Shown: positions 52,508-62,367 of the stretch, one piece after another
How the letters are laid out: every line of letters starts with the position of its first letter
Numbering within the stretch: the first letter of the stretch is position 1
From: Desulfomonilia bacterium
Lineage (GTDB): Bacteria > Desulfobacterota > Desulfomonilia > UBA1062
DNA: 64,000 nt
Reading direction: 5' to 3'
Assembly (NCBI GenBank): GCA_050014195.1
Contig: JBEKDT010000019.1
Location: 1-64,000, forward strand
Position numbers and translations under genes: made by a program
Notes under the pieces: generated by a model
Database searches by the model: none
Told to the model about the DNA's origin: nothing
What the model saw: only the letters and a program-made list of their open reading frames with translations

Positions 52508-52972
52508 ATGGCGCATGTCATTGAAGGCAAACTCCTCGGCAAAGGGAAGAAGGTTGCGATCATAGCGAGCCGGTTCAACGACTTCATCACTGCGCGGCTC
52601 ATGGAAGGGGCGCTCGACGCGCTGGGCCGGCACGGGGTCGCCGACAAGGACATTACCATCTACCGGGTACCCGGCGCATTCGAGATACCATCGGTGGCCA
52701 AAAGGCTTGCTGCTCTCGCCGATACCGACGGTATTATCTGCCTGGGTGCGGTCATCAGGGGTTCCACTCCGCATTTCGATTATGTGGCCTCCGAGGTAAG
52801 CAAGGGCGTAGCCCTGGTGGGGCTGGAGGCCAAGATGCCCGTGATCTTCGGGGTACTTACGACAGACACCATAGAACAGGCCATTGAACGGGCAGGAACC
52901 AAGGGGGGCAACAAGGGATTTGATGCCGCCATGGCCTTGCTTGAGATGATGGACCTTTTCTCACAGATCTGA
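52508..52972 (+). CDS. ribH: 6,7-dimethyl-8-ribityllumazine synthase
   Basis: [22 protein letters not shown]. Confidence 0.96.
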   Translation: MAHVIEGKLLGKGKKVAIIASRFNDFITARLMEGALDALGRHGVADKDITIYRVPGAFEIPSVAKRLAALADTDGIICLGAVIRGSTPHFDYVASEVSKGVALVGLEAKMPVIFGVLTTDTIEQAIERAGTKGGNKGFDAAMALLEMMDLFSQI

Positions 52973-52981
52973 ATCGTTTTT

Positions 52982-53398
52982 ATGAAGCTAAGAACCCGGG
53001 CACGGGAGGTGGCGCTTCAATACCTGTACCAGATCGACATCACCAGCAGCCACACGGAAAAGACACTTAAGGATTTCTTTGAGCACTTCGTCGAAGGAAA
53101 GGACAAAGATCTTGTCCCCTATGCAAAAGAACTGGTTGAAGGGGTATGCGAGCACCTGCCCCAGATCGACTCCCTCCTCGAGACTGCCTCAGAAAATTGG
53201 AAGGTGAGCCGTATGTCCACCACGGACCGGAACATCCTACGTATCGCCACCTATGAAATGGCATATCGAAAGGATGTACCCTATAAGGTGGCCATCAACG
53301 AGGCCATCGAGATCGCCAAGCGATTCGGGTCTACCCGGTTTCCCTCTTTTGCCAACGGAGTTCTGGACAAGGTCTGGAACGAGATATCAGCCGAATAA
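52982..53398 (+). CDS. nusB: transcription antitermination factor NusB
   Basis: RARE.ALQ.LY, DRNILR, VAINEAIEIAK.F, F.NGVLD. Confidence 0.95.
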   Translation: MKLRTRAREVALQYLYQIDITSSHTEKTLKDFFEHFVEGKDKDLVPYAKELVEGVCEHLPQIDSLLETASENWKVSRMSTTDRNILRIATYEMAYRKDVPYKVAINEAIEIAKRFGSTRFPSFANGVLDKVWNEISAE

Positions 53399-53513
53399 GA
53401 TCGAATGCATACGGCGTCAAAACACATGGGAAACCCTTATTTATGTTATGGTTCTTGTCTGTGAAGCGTATCTTTTAGGAAGCTCTAAAGGTATTTTGAG
53501 GCAGATTGTTTTC

Positions 53514-53638
53514 ACCACGAAGGACACGAAGAGCACGAAGAAAATCTAATCAATGCAGAACAAACACTCTTGCATTCATTGAACTGGTAAGCCATTTCAA
53601 AAGATTTCTTTCTTCGTGTACTTCGTGCTCTTCGTGGT
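53514..53638. repeat. palindromic element with three 9-bp-period CACGAAG units per arm
   Basis: ACCACGAAGGACACGAAGAGCACGAAGAAA (53514-53543) vs TTTCTTCGTGTACTTCGTGCTCTTCGTGGT (53609-53638). Confidence 0.85.
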
Positions 53639-53746
53639 AAGGTGTCCCTCTGCATGCTCTCCAATGGTCTGGGTATGCTTTACTGTGATGAACCTTTTTT
53701 ATTATTGTATGAGGGGATAAATAGCAGATATTTTTTAAGCCGTAAG

Positions 53747-54451
53747 CTATTTGATCAGCCCCTGGACCCTGGAGCGCTCGACGATGAGCCCCCGCTGCTT
53801 GCTGCCTGTTATATCCAAGTTCCGGGCCTGGACCAGGGTCAGGTCCACTTGGTCGAGCAGAGAATTTGTAATACGTACATCCTCCATGACAGCCCCTGTC
53901 AACGAAGCAAGGGTGAGGTTCGATTTGTTCAGTGAGGTGTGCACGATATAGGAAAGCCCGAAGTTTGCCTGTGTAAGGTCGCATTCGTCAACAATGCAGT
54001 TTTCTATGAGGCAGAAGAGGAACCTTGTCTTCTGGAGCCTGGCACCGGTGAGGTCGATGTTTTTGAGCGTGGAGTGGGTGAAGGTTGCGCCCTCGAAGTT
54101 TACCTTCTTAAGCTCTTTATCAGTAATGGTGATGCGGACAAGGTGACTGTTCATGAGCGTAATCCTGTTCAAGTTGCACGTGCTCAGGTCAACGTCTTTG
54201 AGCGCCACTTCAGAAAGGTGGGTACCCGAAAGGTTCGTATTTTTAAAGATCGTATCCTCGAGGATCGTCCTTTCCAGATGAGATTCCTCGAAGTTGGTGT
54301 CCGTGAGGTTCGTCTTGCTCAGGTCCGAGCCCCTCAAGTTGGCACCGCCCAGGTCCAGACCCGACAGATCAAGCCCCTTGAGGTATTCCCCTTCCACAGG
54401 GGTCCCCATGGATATGGCTTCATAAAGCTTGTCTTTGTCGAACAGGTTCAT
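53747..54451 (-). CDS. pentapeptide repeat protein
   Basis: continuous A(D/N)LxX pentads. Confidence 0.9.
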   Translation of the reverse strand: MNLFDKDKLYEAISMGTPVEGEYLKGLDLSGLDLGGANLRGSDLSKTNLTDTNFEESHLERTILEDTIFKNTNLSGTHLSEVALKDVDLSTCNLNRITLMNSHLVRITITDKELKKVNFEGATFTHSTLKNIDLTGARLQKTRFLFCLIENCIVDECDLTQANFGLSYIVHTSLNKSNLTLASLTGAVMEDVRITNSLLDQVDLTLVQARNLDITGSKQRGLIVERSRVQGLIK

Positions 54452-55881
54452 TCGCCTGACTCCAATACCTTCTTGACATCGGAGACTAGTGCGAACTCCG
54501 CCTCCGTGATTTGGCCTTCTTTGAGGTAGAAGTGCACGCCGTTCTGTGCACCCGTAATTATCTTGCTTGCCATACCGATGTAGATGTTGGTGCGCTCATG
54601 GACGGTCCCCTCGATGTAGATGTTGCCCTGGTAGGTCTTATGGATCTTTTCAACGATCTCCATTATCTTGGCATTCTGCTGGGTAAGGGTAAGCCTGAGT
54701 GTCTCTATGGTATCGAGGATCTTGTTATAGAGCATTTCCTGTTGCCTGCTCAGTTCGCTGGTGGCTTTGAGCACCCTCAATTTTGAAAGGGATGACTGGA
54801 GCTTGAGCAAGTCCTCAATCTTCTCGGCGATTTCCTCTTTGATCCGATTCTGCTCCTGGTGAAGTATCGGGCTATGGCCGATACTGAGCTCCGTTTCAAC
54901 ACCTGCATCCTCCTGGCCGGCGGTATGGCAATAGATCCAGCAATCCGAGGAGACCTTGCTTGTAGCAATAAAGCCGTTGGCATTTTTAATTACGACCGGG
55001 CCTATTGCCGAGACCAGGCTGTTGCGGATATAATCATTCACGACGATCTCTTTTTCCGATTTCACATGGGCATCCTGGATGAATTTGGTGTGGATGTTCC
55101 CATTTGCCGTAATGATAGCCTTTTCCTGACCGAGGATTCCACCGGCTATCTTAATATTGCCTCCGGCCTCCAGCACCACCCTGCCCACCGTGGTGGCTAT
55201 GGTGATGTCTTCGTTGGCATGGATCTCGTAACCGTCGCCGACCTCTCCCTGAACCACGACGGATCCGTTGAAACGGATGTTACCCACCGATGCATCCACA
55301 TCATGCACCACATAGCAAGGCTCTACGTTCACGGCGTTTTCCAGCCAGAGGACCATGCCGTCAATGGCGGAATACATATGATTCCTGTCAGCCGAGGTCG
55401 TCACGTTCTTCCCTGACGGAAGCTTTGCCTCTTTTCCCGGCTTACTCGGCAGCTCCTCTCCTTTAACGCTCATGCCGGACTTGCCGGATATGGGGAGGAT
55501 AAGCTCGCAGAGGATGTCGCCCTTCTTTACGTTCTGGATAAGATGCAGGTCCCTCAGGTTCACCTTGCCGGATGCATCTTCCGTGATGTGTGCCTTGGTG
55601 CGCTCGGTATTGAAGTGGAATCTGATGGAGCCGTCTTTCCCTTCTTCAGGTTTCTCACCTCTTGCGATGATGACCCATTGGTTGAAGACATTTAGGCGAA
55701 CGAGTTTCTCGACCTCCTCGGGGACGACTCCGAAGATGATCCCATCCTCCTGGATGGCCTTGAGCAGTTCCTCGACATTGAGGCCGGACACCTCCGGCGA
55801 TGCCGGGATGATCTTCATGGATGCTACAAGTCCACCCTCGGTGATACTGAACTCGACGCTATAATCCTTATCCACAAGCAT
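54448..55881 (-). CDS. FapA (DUF342) family protein
   Basis: IARG..P..GKDG, V.KGDIL, DVD.SVGNI.F.GSV.V.G.V. Confidence 0.88.
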   Translation of the reverse strand: MLVDKDYSVEFSITEGGLVASMKIIPASPEVSGLNVEELLKAIQEDGIIFGVVPEEVEKLVRLNVFNQWVIIARGEKPEEGKDGSIRFHFNTERTKAHITEDASGKVNLRDLHLIQNVKKGDILCELILPISGKSGMSVKGEELPSKPGKEAKLPSGKNVTTSADRNHMYSAIDGMVLWLENAVNVEPCYVVHDVDASVGNIRFNGSVVVQGEVGDGYEIHANEDITIATTVGRVVLEAGGNIKIAGGILGQEKAIITANGNIHTKFIQDAHVKSEKEIVVNDYIRNSLVSAIGPVVIKNANGFIATSKVSSDCWIYCHTAGQEDAGVETELSIGHSPILHQEQNRIKEEIAEKIEDLLKLQSSLSKLRVLKATSELSRQQEMLYNKILDTIETLRLTLTQQNAKIMEIVEKIHKTYQGNIYIEGTVHERTNIYIGMASKIITGAQNGVHFYLKEGQITEAEFALVSDVKKVLESGE

Positions 55882-56042
55882 GGATTCGGATTCTTATGCT
55901 CAAAACTTTAAAATTTTTAAGGCATTTTTCAGAGGAAAATCTTTCATTCATGAGAGATTACCGTTAAATCCTCTTTTTTCTTGACTGACACATGTACGTC
56001 CCGTACTTCTGTGCGAGATAGTACGGTAAAAGGCGAGGTCTG

Positions 56043-56702
56043 ATGAACATCCGCGACATAGAAAAGCTTACCATCAAGGGGTTCCTGGATGCCAGGGAGG
56101 GCAGGGCGCTCCATGAACTGGCCCTTGATGCAAGCAAGCACGGGCCCGTGCTTGAAATCGGGGGCTATTGCGGGAAATCCACACTCTATCTTGGTCTTGC
56201 ATGCAAGAAAACTGGCGGCATCCTTTTCTCTATTGACCACCACAGGGGCTCTGAAGAGCAGCAACCGGGGCAGGAGTACTTCGACCCCGAACTCTATGAT
56301 GAAAAGGAAGGAAAGATAGACTCATTCCGCCTCTTCCGCAGGGCCATCGAGCTCTCAGACCTGCTGGAAACCGTAGTGCCCATGGTTACCACATCCGCTG
56401 TGGCGGTGCGCATGTGGTCAACCCCCCTTTCGATGGTCTTCATAGACGGCTCCCACACCTATCCATCGGCATTTTCCGACTATATTTCGTGGTCTTCCCA
56501 CCTATTACCCGGCGGCATCCTTGCTATCCATGACATCTTCCCGGACCCGGCAAAAGGCGGCCAGGCCCCGCATTACATCTATACACTCGCCGCCGCATCC
56601 GGTTTGTATGAAGAATTATCCATGGTCAAGACCCTTGGGGTGCTGAAGAAGAGGGGGCCTTCGGATATACCCCGGGAGCTCTTTTCAAAACGTGATTGGT
56701 AG
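56043..56702 (+). CDS. meT1: class I SAM methyltransferase (Methyltransf_24), MeT1-like 1-O-methyltransferase
   Basis: GF....EG.AL, EIG.YCGKST, IDHH.GSEE.QPG.EY.DP, FIDG.H, HD.FPDP..GGQAP motifs as I recall them from mycobacterial MeT1. Confidence 0.75.
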   Translation: MNIRDIEKLTIKGFLDAREGRALHELALDASKHGPVLEIGGYCGKSTLYLGLACKKTGGILFSIDHHRGSEEQQPGQEYFDPELYDEKEGKIDSFRLFRRAIELSDLLETVVPMVTTSAVAVRMWSTPLSMVFIDGSHTYPSAFSDYISWSSHLLPGGILAIHDIFPDPAKGGQAPHYIYTLAAASGLYEELSMVKTLGVLKKRGPSDIPRELFSKRDW

Positions 56703-58277
56703 GGTGTCCACGTCCTTGTTGTGGGTCCAGTAGTAGGTGAATGTACTCTCAGAGAGCTTGTACCGGAGATATCCCGCATCAAAGAAGCCCTTTATTATCC
56801 TGTGGGCGAAGGCTTCATCAGTGCCGGTCTTATGGGCAACCGAGACTGACAGGAGCATAATGGGATCGGAACCGTTTCGTGATTCGCAAGTACTTTCCTC
56901 GATAATATCTTCCGATAGAATCCTGTAGACGAGGTTCATCTTACGATGGCCTTCCACCAAAAGGTACTCATGGTCGGAGCAGGTACCTGCCCGATGACGA
57001 TCCAAGGTCTCCTTCCAGACGTTCTCATTGTACCGGTCATATTCTGCTACAAAGGCGCTCATTTCTTCCGGGTTGAGCTTTGATGTCTTCACGATCGGAG
57101 AGTTGGCGTCGTACAGGCTCCAGTCATCGGTGAGGATCTCGATGTCGTAGTTTTCAAGCTCTTCACGTACCGTAGTGCCGGGGAAGGGGGCGAAGAAGTG
57201 GTAGCCATAAGATATGTCCAGTTCATTGGCAAAGAGCTGTGTCTCGGCAAGCGTCTCTTTTGTCTCACCCGGCAGGCCAACCATGAAGGATGCATGCGGG
57301 AGGATGTCCGCCTCCTTGCAACATCGCACGGCATTTCGGGCCTGCTCAAGGGTTATGCCCTTGCGGATCCGTTTGAGCATCTCGGGGTTTCCTGATTCTA
57401 TACCGAAGCTTACACAGTCGCAGCCGGTTTCCCGCATGATCTTCAGTGTCTCAAGGTCTACGGTGTTCACCCTGGCAAAGGCGGTCCAGCCGAAGTTGAC
57501 GCCCCTGCGTTTTATCTCGTTGCAGAGCTCCCTGACCCGGGCCTTGTTGGCGGTGAACAGGTCGTCTGCAACATTGATCCTTGTGAAACCAAGATCAAGG
57601 ATGTGTTCGATCTCGTCCACTACGAGCGAAGGGTTTCTGAAGCGGCCCTTGAACCCCACCATACGCCTGCCCAGACAGAAGATGCACCTGTTGGGGCACC
57701 CCCTGCTCGTAATGATGCTTACCGGATAGCCCAGGGCCTGGTAGCGGGATATGGGCAGCAGGTGCCTGGCGGGAAGCGGCAGGCTGTCAAGGTCACAGAT
57801 GAGCTCCCGGGATTCGGTGATTACGACCCCATCATTGTCCTTATAGGCAATGCCCTTGATGCCCTGCCATGCCTTCTTATCATCCAGTACGGGGATGAGC
57901 TCTTGAAGCGTCTGCTCGCCTTCGCCTACTACGATGAGATCCAGCTCAGGACAGGTTTTAAAGGTGCCGTGAATATCAAAAGATACGTGCGGCCCGCCCA
58001 TCATGGTGATGACCGACGGCCTGAAGCGCTTTGCGTCCTTGATGATACGCTCGGCTTGGTTATGGATCATGGTCACCGAACTCGCACCCACCACGTCGGG
58101 CTTGAAGGCGGAGAGCATGGCTTCAAGCTTTTCAGGGGTATACCTGCTCACGATATAATCGAAGATGCGCACCGTTGCCCCTGCGGCCTCGCATGCGGCT
58201 GCTGCGTAGGCAAGGCCCAACGGCGGGGAGGGGGCCTCTTCAAGGGGATACGGTGTGGCGATAAGTGCGACTCTCAT
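56685..58277 (-). CDS. B12-binding radical SAM protein
   Basis: PPLGLAY and GGPHVS cobalamin domain; SRGCPNRCIFC; FGIESG; GLPGET. Confidence 0.92.
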   Translation of the reverse strand: MRVALIATPYPLEEAPSPPLGLAYAAAACEAAGATVRIFDYIVSRYTPEKLEAMLSAFKPDVVGASSVTMIHNQAERIIKDAKRFRPSVITMMGGPHVSFDIHGTFKTCPELDLIVVGEGEQTLQELIPVLDDKKAWQGIKGIAYKDNDGVVITESRELICDLDSLPLPARHLLPISRYQALGYPVSIITSRGCPNRCIFCLGRRMVGFKGRFRNPSLVVDEIEHILDLGFTRINVADDLFTANKARVRELCNEIKRRGVNFGWTAFARVNTVDLETLKIMRETGCDCVSFGIESGNPEMLKRIRKGITLEQARNAVRCCKEADILPHASFMVGLPGETKETLAETQLFANELDISYGYHFFAPFPGTTVREELENYDIEILTDDWSLYDANSPIVKTSKLNPEEMSAFVAEYDRYNENVWKETLDRHRAGTCSDHEYLLVEGHRKMNLVYRILSEDIIEESTCESRNGSDPIMLLSVSVAHKTGTDEAFAHRIIKGFFDAGYLRYKLSESTFTYYWTHNKDVDTLPITF

Positions 58278-58290
58278 ATTTGTCCTTTAA

Positions 58291-59010
58291 TCACCTTTCT
58301 TGAGGAAGAATAATCGATTTCAGCCAATATAAAATGGTGTTGTCTTTGAGCATGTCCCTGTCGATCCCGATGATGTCTCTTTCAAGCTTATCCGGGTCGG
58401 AAAACCATTCGGCCCTGGTCTTCATGGGTTCATCCGGATCGAGCTTTTTTATGACCTTTGCGGGGTTGCCAGCGGCTATTGTATAGGCCGGGATGTCCCG
58501 CGTTACCACCGAGCCTGCGCCGATGATGCTGTTGTCCCCGATAGTAACCCCTTTGCAGACAATGGAACTGTCGCCCAGCCAGACATTGTTGCCGATGGTG
58601 ACCGGGCTGGTGGCGCCGATGTAGTCGAGCCTGTCGTAGATGCCGTGCCAGTCGGAATCGGTGATGTAGACGCTGCTTGCCATCATGCAGCTATCGCCGA
58701 TGGTGATCCCGGTGGCGGCGCTCATGCGGACGCCCGGGCAGATGAGGCTGTACTTGCCGATGCTGATGAATCCGTCACCCTCTTTCTTGCCCCAAACGGT
58801 AAGCCTTACCCGGTGATCGGGTGTGGTGATGACGTTGGCAAAGTCACCCAGGTCGATGGGCCAGCCGAAGACCTGAACATGCCATGGCTTCATGAACGTG
58901 CAGCCCGTACCCATATGGCGGAACTGGGGACGGAGGAAGTGCCCTGCGTACCACTCGCGGAATTTCAGGTCGAGTCGCTTGAGGTAGTATGGACGGTAAT
59001 CCCTGCGCAA
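58291..59010 (-). CDS. hexapeptide-repeat acyltransferase
   Basis: ITDSDWH, PVTIGNNVWLG...CKGVTIGDNSIIGAGSVVT.DIP....AGNPA. Confidence 0.9.
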   Translation of the reverse strand: MRRDYRPYYLKRLDLKFREWYAGHFLRPQFRHMGTGCTFMKPWHVQVFGWPIDLGDFANVITTPDHRVRLTVWGKKEGDGFISIGKYSLICPGVRMSAATGITIGDSCMMASSVYITDSDWHGIYDRLDYIGATSPVTIGNNVWLGDSSIVCKGVTIGDNSIIGAGSVVTRDIPAYTIAAGNPAKVIKKLDPDEPMKTRAEWFSDPDKLERDIIGIDRDMLKDNTILYWLKSIILPQER

Positions 59011-59014
59011 GGTG

Positions 59015-60148
59015 CTATGCCCTCATGTCAAAAGCGTCAGAATAAAACGCCTTCTTGATGCTGAAGATGGGGTGATACTTCTTGAGGAATCGATACATGT
59101 GGGATTTTGCGTCTTCACCGGAGGCCCAGAATGAGTGGTTGAAGAGCTGGGAAGCCGGCGTGATGTGGTAGATAGCATCCGTCGCCATCATCACGGCAGC
59201 ATTTGTCCAGGTGAGCTTCTCTTCGGGCCAGATGACCATGTCGGGGAAGGTGAATCCGCACCAGAATGTGTTGTCGTCGTGCTTCTTGTTTTTTATCCAG
59301 CTTAAAACCGCCCCGGCCTTCTCGATGTCGCCCATGGCGGCAAGTGTCAGGATAAGTTCAGAGGTCTCGGCAATGGTAACCCAGGGATTGTCGGAAACGC
59401 ACCTTGTGCCGAGCCCTTCCACCATGAACTTGTTCCAGGACTTCTCGATGCGTTTTTTTGCTTCACTTTCCGTAACAGCGCCGCAGAGCACGGGGTAGAA
59501 CCAGTCCATGGAAAAACGCGACTTGGTGCGGTCGAAAAGGTGGGGGCGGTAGCGTAGCGCATCCCCCAGTCTCTTCAGGGCCCACTGCCACCTCGGCTTG
59601 CTTTCTCCAAGCAGCAGGGCCAGGACCAGTGCGCACTTGAGGCTCATGAAGATGGAGCTGCACGCGGTGAGCAGGGCCACCGGGTCTTTGGTGCCATGGG
59701 GGCTTCTGGCCCAGTAAACCTCGCCGCCCGGGGCCTGGAGGTCAACTGCAAAATCGATCCCGGCACAGATCGTGGGCCATATGTACTCAAGAAACGGCCT
59801 GTCATGCGTGATGAGGTAGTAGTGGAATACGCCGACAGCGATGTAGGATGACATGTTGGATTCTCTTGTGAGGTCTAAAGGGTTTCCGTCCCTGTAGGCG
59901 GAGTACCAGGCCCCGTCTTCGAGCTGGGTGGATGCAAGCCATTCGAAGGCCTTGCGGGCCTCTTCATAATAACCGCCGATGGTAAGCCCGATGGCCGCCT
60001 CCACATGATCCCACGGATCGGTCTTCCCGCCGGCGTGCCAGGGTATCTCGCCTGTCGGCCTCTGCTCTGCGGCGATTGCATCGGCCAGGGCCTCGATATC
60101 GAAGGGAAGGGCCAGCATTGAGTGGGAAGGGGAAGCATCACGTTCCAT
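59015..60148 (-). CDS. (alpha/alpha)-barrel 'prenyltransferase-like' protein, MmpH-like glycoside hydrolase candidate
   Basis: GEIPW..G...DPWDHVEAA, Q..DG.W, FSMDWFYP, PWVT.AET.E, WP.E..TWT; co-operonic with MTase and GT4. Confidence 0.65.
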   Translation of the reverse strand: MERDASPSHSMLALPFDIEALADAIAAEQRPTGEIPWHAGGKTDPWDHVEAAIGLTIGGYYEEARKAFEWLASTQLEDGAWYSAYRDGNPLDLTRESNMSSYIAVGVFHYYLITHDRPFLEYIWPTICAGIDFAVDLQAPGGEVYWARSPHGTKDPVALLTACSSIFMSLKCALVLALLLGESKPRWQWALKRLGDALRYRPHLFDRTKSRFSMDWFYPVLCGAVTESEAKKRIEKSWNKFMVEGLGTRCVSDNPWVTIAETSELILTLAAMGDIEKAGAVLSWIKNKKHDDNTFWCGFTFPDMVIWPEEKLTWTNAAVMMATDAIYHITPASQLFNHSFWASGEDAKSHMYRFLKKYHPIFSIKKAFYSDAFDMRA

Positions 60149-60863
60149 AGGAATCACCTTTCTTCAGATAAAGTACAATGCTCTTGGCAATAAGGGGGTT
60201 CAGCACCCTGTCCAATGCCCGTGTCAGGAGGGGTTTCTTCATGATATCCCATACCAGGAACTTATGGTAGAGCTTCACGGGCAACGCATCGTCATTCTTA
60301 TGACCGACCATGCACTTGATCCACCAGTATGGGCTGTGCAGGGCATGGGCCCAGCCCATGTCGATGCATGTAGTCCCTGCACCCTCGAGCAACTCTATGA
60401 GCTCTTTCTTACGGTAGATCCTTATATGCCCGCCCTTTTCGTTGTGGTAGTCTTGGGAAAGCGCCCAGCAGATACGCTCGGGCAGGTACCTCGGCACGCT
60501 CACCACTAACGATTTCCCGGGCTTGAGCACACGGATGATCTCTTGAATTGCCTTCCCATGGTCAGGGATGTGTTCGAGCACCTCCGAGCAGATCACGATG
60601 TCAAACGACTCGTCTGCAAACGGCAGTTTCGTGACGTCGCTCACCATGACAAGCGCAGAGCCCCCGCCATCTTCACCCTCATGCCGCATGATCTTGGTGG
60701 TATTGTGGGCCTTGAGCGCATCGTCCTTGTTCAGGTCGATTCCTACCACACTGACACCCTTGGCGCGGAAGGCCTCGCTCAGGTGGCGTCCGCCTCCGCA
60801 TCCTGCATCGAGCACCTTTGAGCCGGGCTCAAGGTCGAGTTTTGAAAAGTCAACGGTGAGCAA
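60138..60863 (-). CDS. class I SAM methyltransferase (putative sugar O-methyltransferase)
   Basis: MLTVDF, LDAGCGGGRH, LPF.D.SFD..ICSEVLEH, PERICWALS..YH...GGHIRIY, HALHSPYWW.KC. Confidence 0.88.
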   Translation of the reverse strand: MLTVDFSKLDLEPGSKVLDAGCGGGRHLSEAFRAKGVSVVGIDLNKDDALKAHNTTKIMRHEGEDGGGSALVMVSDVTKLPFADESFDIVICSEVLEHIPDHGKAIQEIIRVLKPGKSLVVSVPRYLPERICWALSQDYHNEKGGHIRIYRKKELIELLEGAGTTCIDMGWAHALHSPYWWIKCMVGHKNDDALPVKLYHKFLVWDIMKKPLLTRALDRVLNPLIAKSIVLYLKKGDSYGT

Positions 60864-62145
60864 CGATAGCCTCCCGGTAGACCTCCACCACCTGCTTGGC
60901 GGTATTGTGCCAGGTGAAGTTCTTTCTCACCCTATCGTATCCGGCCTCGGCAAGCCGGGAGCGTTTGGCAGGATTGTCCAGAAGGTCAATGATTGCATCT
61001 TCCAAGGCCTTGGCGTCACCCGGTTTAACAAGTATTCCTGCATCGCCTACCACCTCAGGCAGGGCGCCGCCCGAGGTGCTTATGACAGGCACCTTGCAGG
61101 CCATAGCCTCGCCCGCCGGCAGGCCGAAGCCCTCATAGATGGAGGGGATTACGGCTATTGTGGTCCTGGCGTAATAGTGTGCGAACTCGGAGTCGTCGAT
61201 GCGTCCCGTGAAGGTGATGTAATCGTGTGCATGGAGTCTTTTCACCAATTTGTCGATGACCCCGTCCTTTTTCGGTGCGCCGATGACCGTGAGGTGAATA
61301 TCGCGTTTCTTACGGATGGAGGCAACGGCCTCGATGAGGAAGCGTAAACCTTTCAGGGGTGTGTCGGCGCTGTTGGTGACCATGATGCGGTCATCAAGTC
61401 TCTTTACCCCGGGTAAGGGGTGGAATATGTCCGTATTGATCCCGTTTGCCACTACGCGGAACCGGTCCTTGGGTATGGAGAAGGCGGTACTGATGTCGGA
61501 CTTCGATGCCTCGGATACCGTAATGATATGGGAGAGCCTTCGGGAAACACGGCCCTGCATGCCGAGGAATGAGTACCACCTGCGCACCTTGAGCTTGCGC
61601 CAGAGGGCCTTTTCGGATGCTATCTCTACGTCGCGGTCCACGGTGATAGGGTGATGGATCGTGGCGACAGTCGGTATACCCAAGGCCTTGATGCCGAGGA
61701 TGCCGTATGCCAGGCACTGGTTGTCGTGTACCACGTCATAGCGCTTCACGTTATCCCGCATGAAGTTGAAATAGCGGATACTGTTCGTGAACGGCTCAGG
61801 GAAACCGCCGCTGGAGACTCCGAGCCATTCGAGTATATTAATGGGTGATCTGAGCTCCTTCAGACTCGGGACGCGGAAGAGATCATCCGGATTGTAGAGG
61901 TCGAGGCTCGGCAGCCTATGGAGAGGGATGTCCTCATCAATGGTCGGATAGGGCGGACCCGAGACCACCTCCACATTGTGGCCGAGGTCTTTGAGCGCCC
62001 GGCTCAGCCTCTTGATATAAACCCCCTGGCCGCCGCTGGTGGGTTTCCCGCGATAGGTGAAGAGACAGATGTTCAGGGGAACATCCTTTATTCTTCGCCG
62101 TGCCCCGGGGGAGAAATTTGCTTGGGTTGCTTCAATCGATAACAT
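60850..62145 (-). CDS. GT4 glycosyltransferase, ManT-like
   Basis: YRGKP.SGGQGVY, V.SG.PYP, HDNQ.L, TIHHPITVD, SAD.PLKG, PS.YEGFGLP..EAMAC; start uncertain. Confidence 0.88.
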   Translation of the reverse strand: MLSIEATQANFSPGARRRIKDVPLNICLFTYRGKPTSGGQGVYIKRLSRALKDLGHNVEVVSGPPYPTIDEDIPLHRLPSLDLYNPDDLFRVPSLKELRSPINILEWLGVSSGGFPEPFTNSIRYFNFMRDNVKRYDVVHDNQCLAYGILGIKALGIPTVATIHHPITVDRDVEIASEKALWRKLKVRRWYSFLGMQGRVSRRLSHIITVSEASKSDISTAFSIPKDRFRVVANGINTDIFHPLPGVKRLDDRIMVTNSADTPLKGLRFLIEAVASIRKKRDIHLTVIGAPKKDGVIDKLVKRLHAHDYITFTGRIDDSEFAHYYARTTIAVIPSIYEGFGLPAGEAMACKVPVISTSGGALPEVVGDAGILVKPGDAKALEDAIIDLLDNPAKRSRLAEAGYDRVRKNFTWHNTAKQVVEVYREAIVAHR

Positions 62146-62367
62146 GGCACCAATACATCCTTTGCAGAAAAGTATACCCGGATGCACCTATGCATGCAAT
62201 TCACGGGCGACACAGTATCTTAGCAACTCTGACCTATCAAAGCAAGGAAAATCCTAAAGAATTCTGACGATAGAAACAAGCCCTTGCCGCAATTGTGGTA
62301 TAATAGGTCTTCAGGAATTGGATGCAGTGAAGTTAAGATCCCATGAAACTCTTGTGGAGGGTGTATC

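Noticed and set aside
53425-53452. dif-like site (TTATGTTA)
   Set aside because: Only a partial XerD arm; no matching XerC arm
59015-60148. Squalene-hopene cyclase/prenyltransferase (terpenoid cluster) reading
   Set aside because: Only QW-like Q..DG.W repeats are present; no DxDD motif, too short, and the neighbours fit a sugar-polymer pathway better
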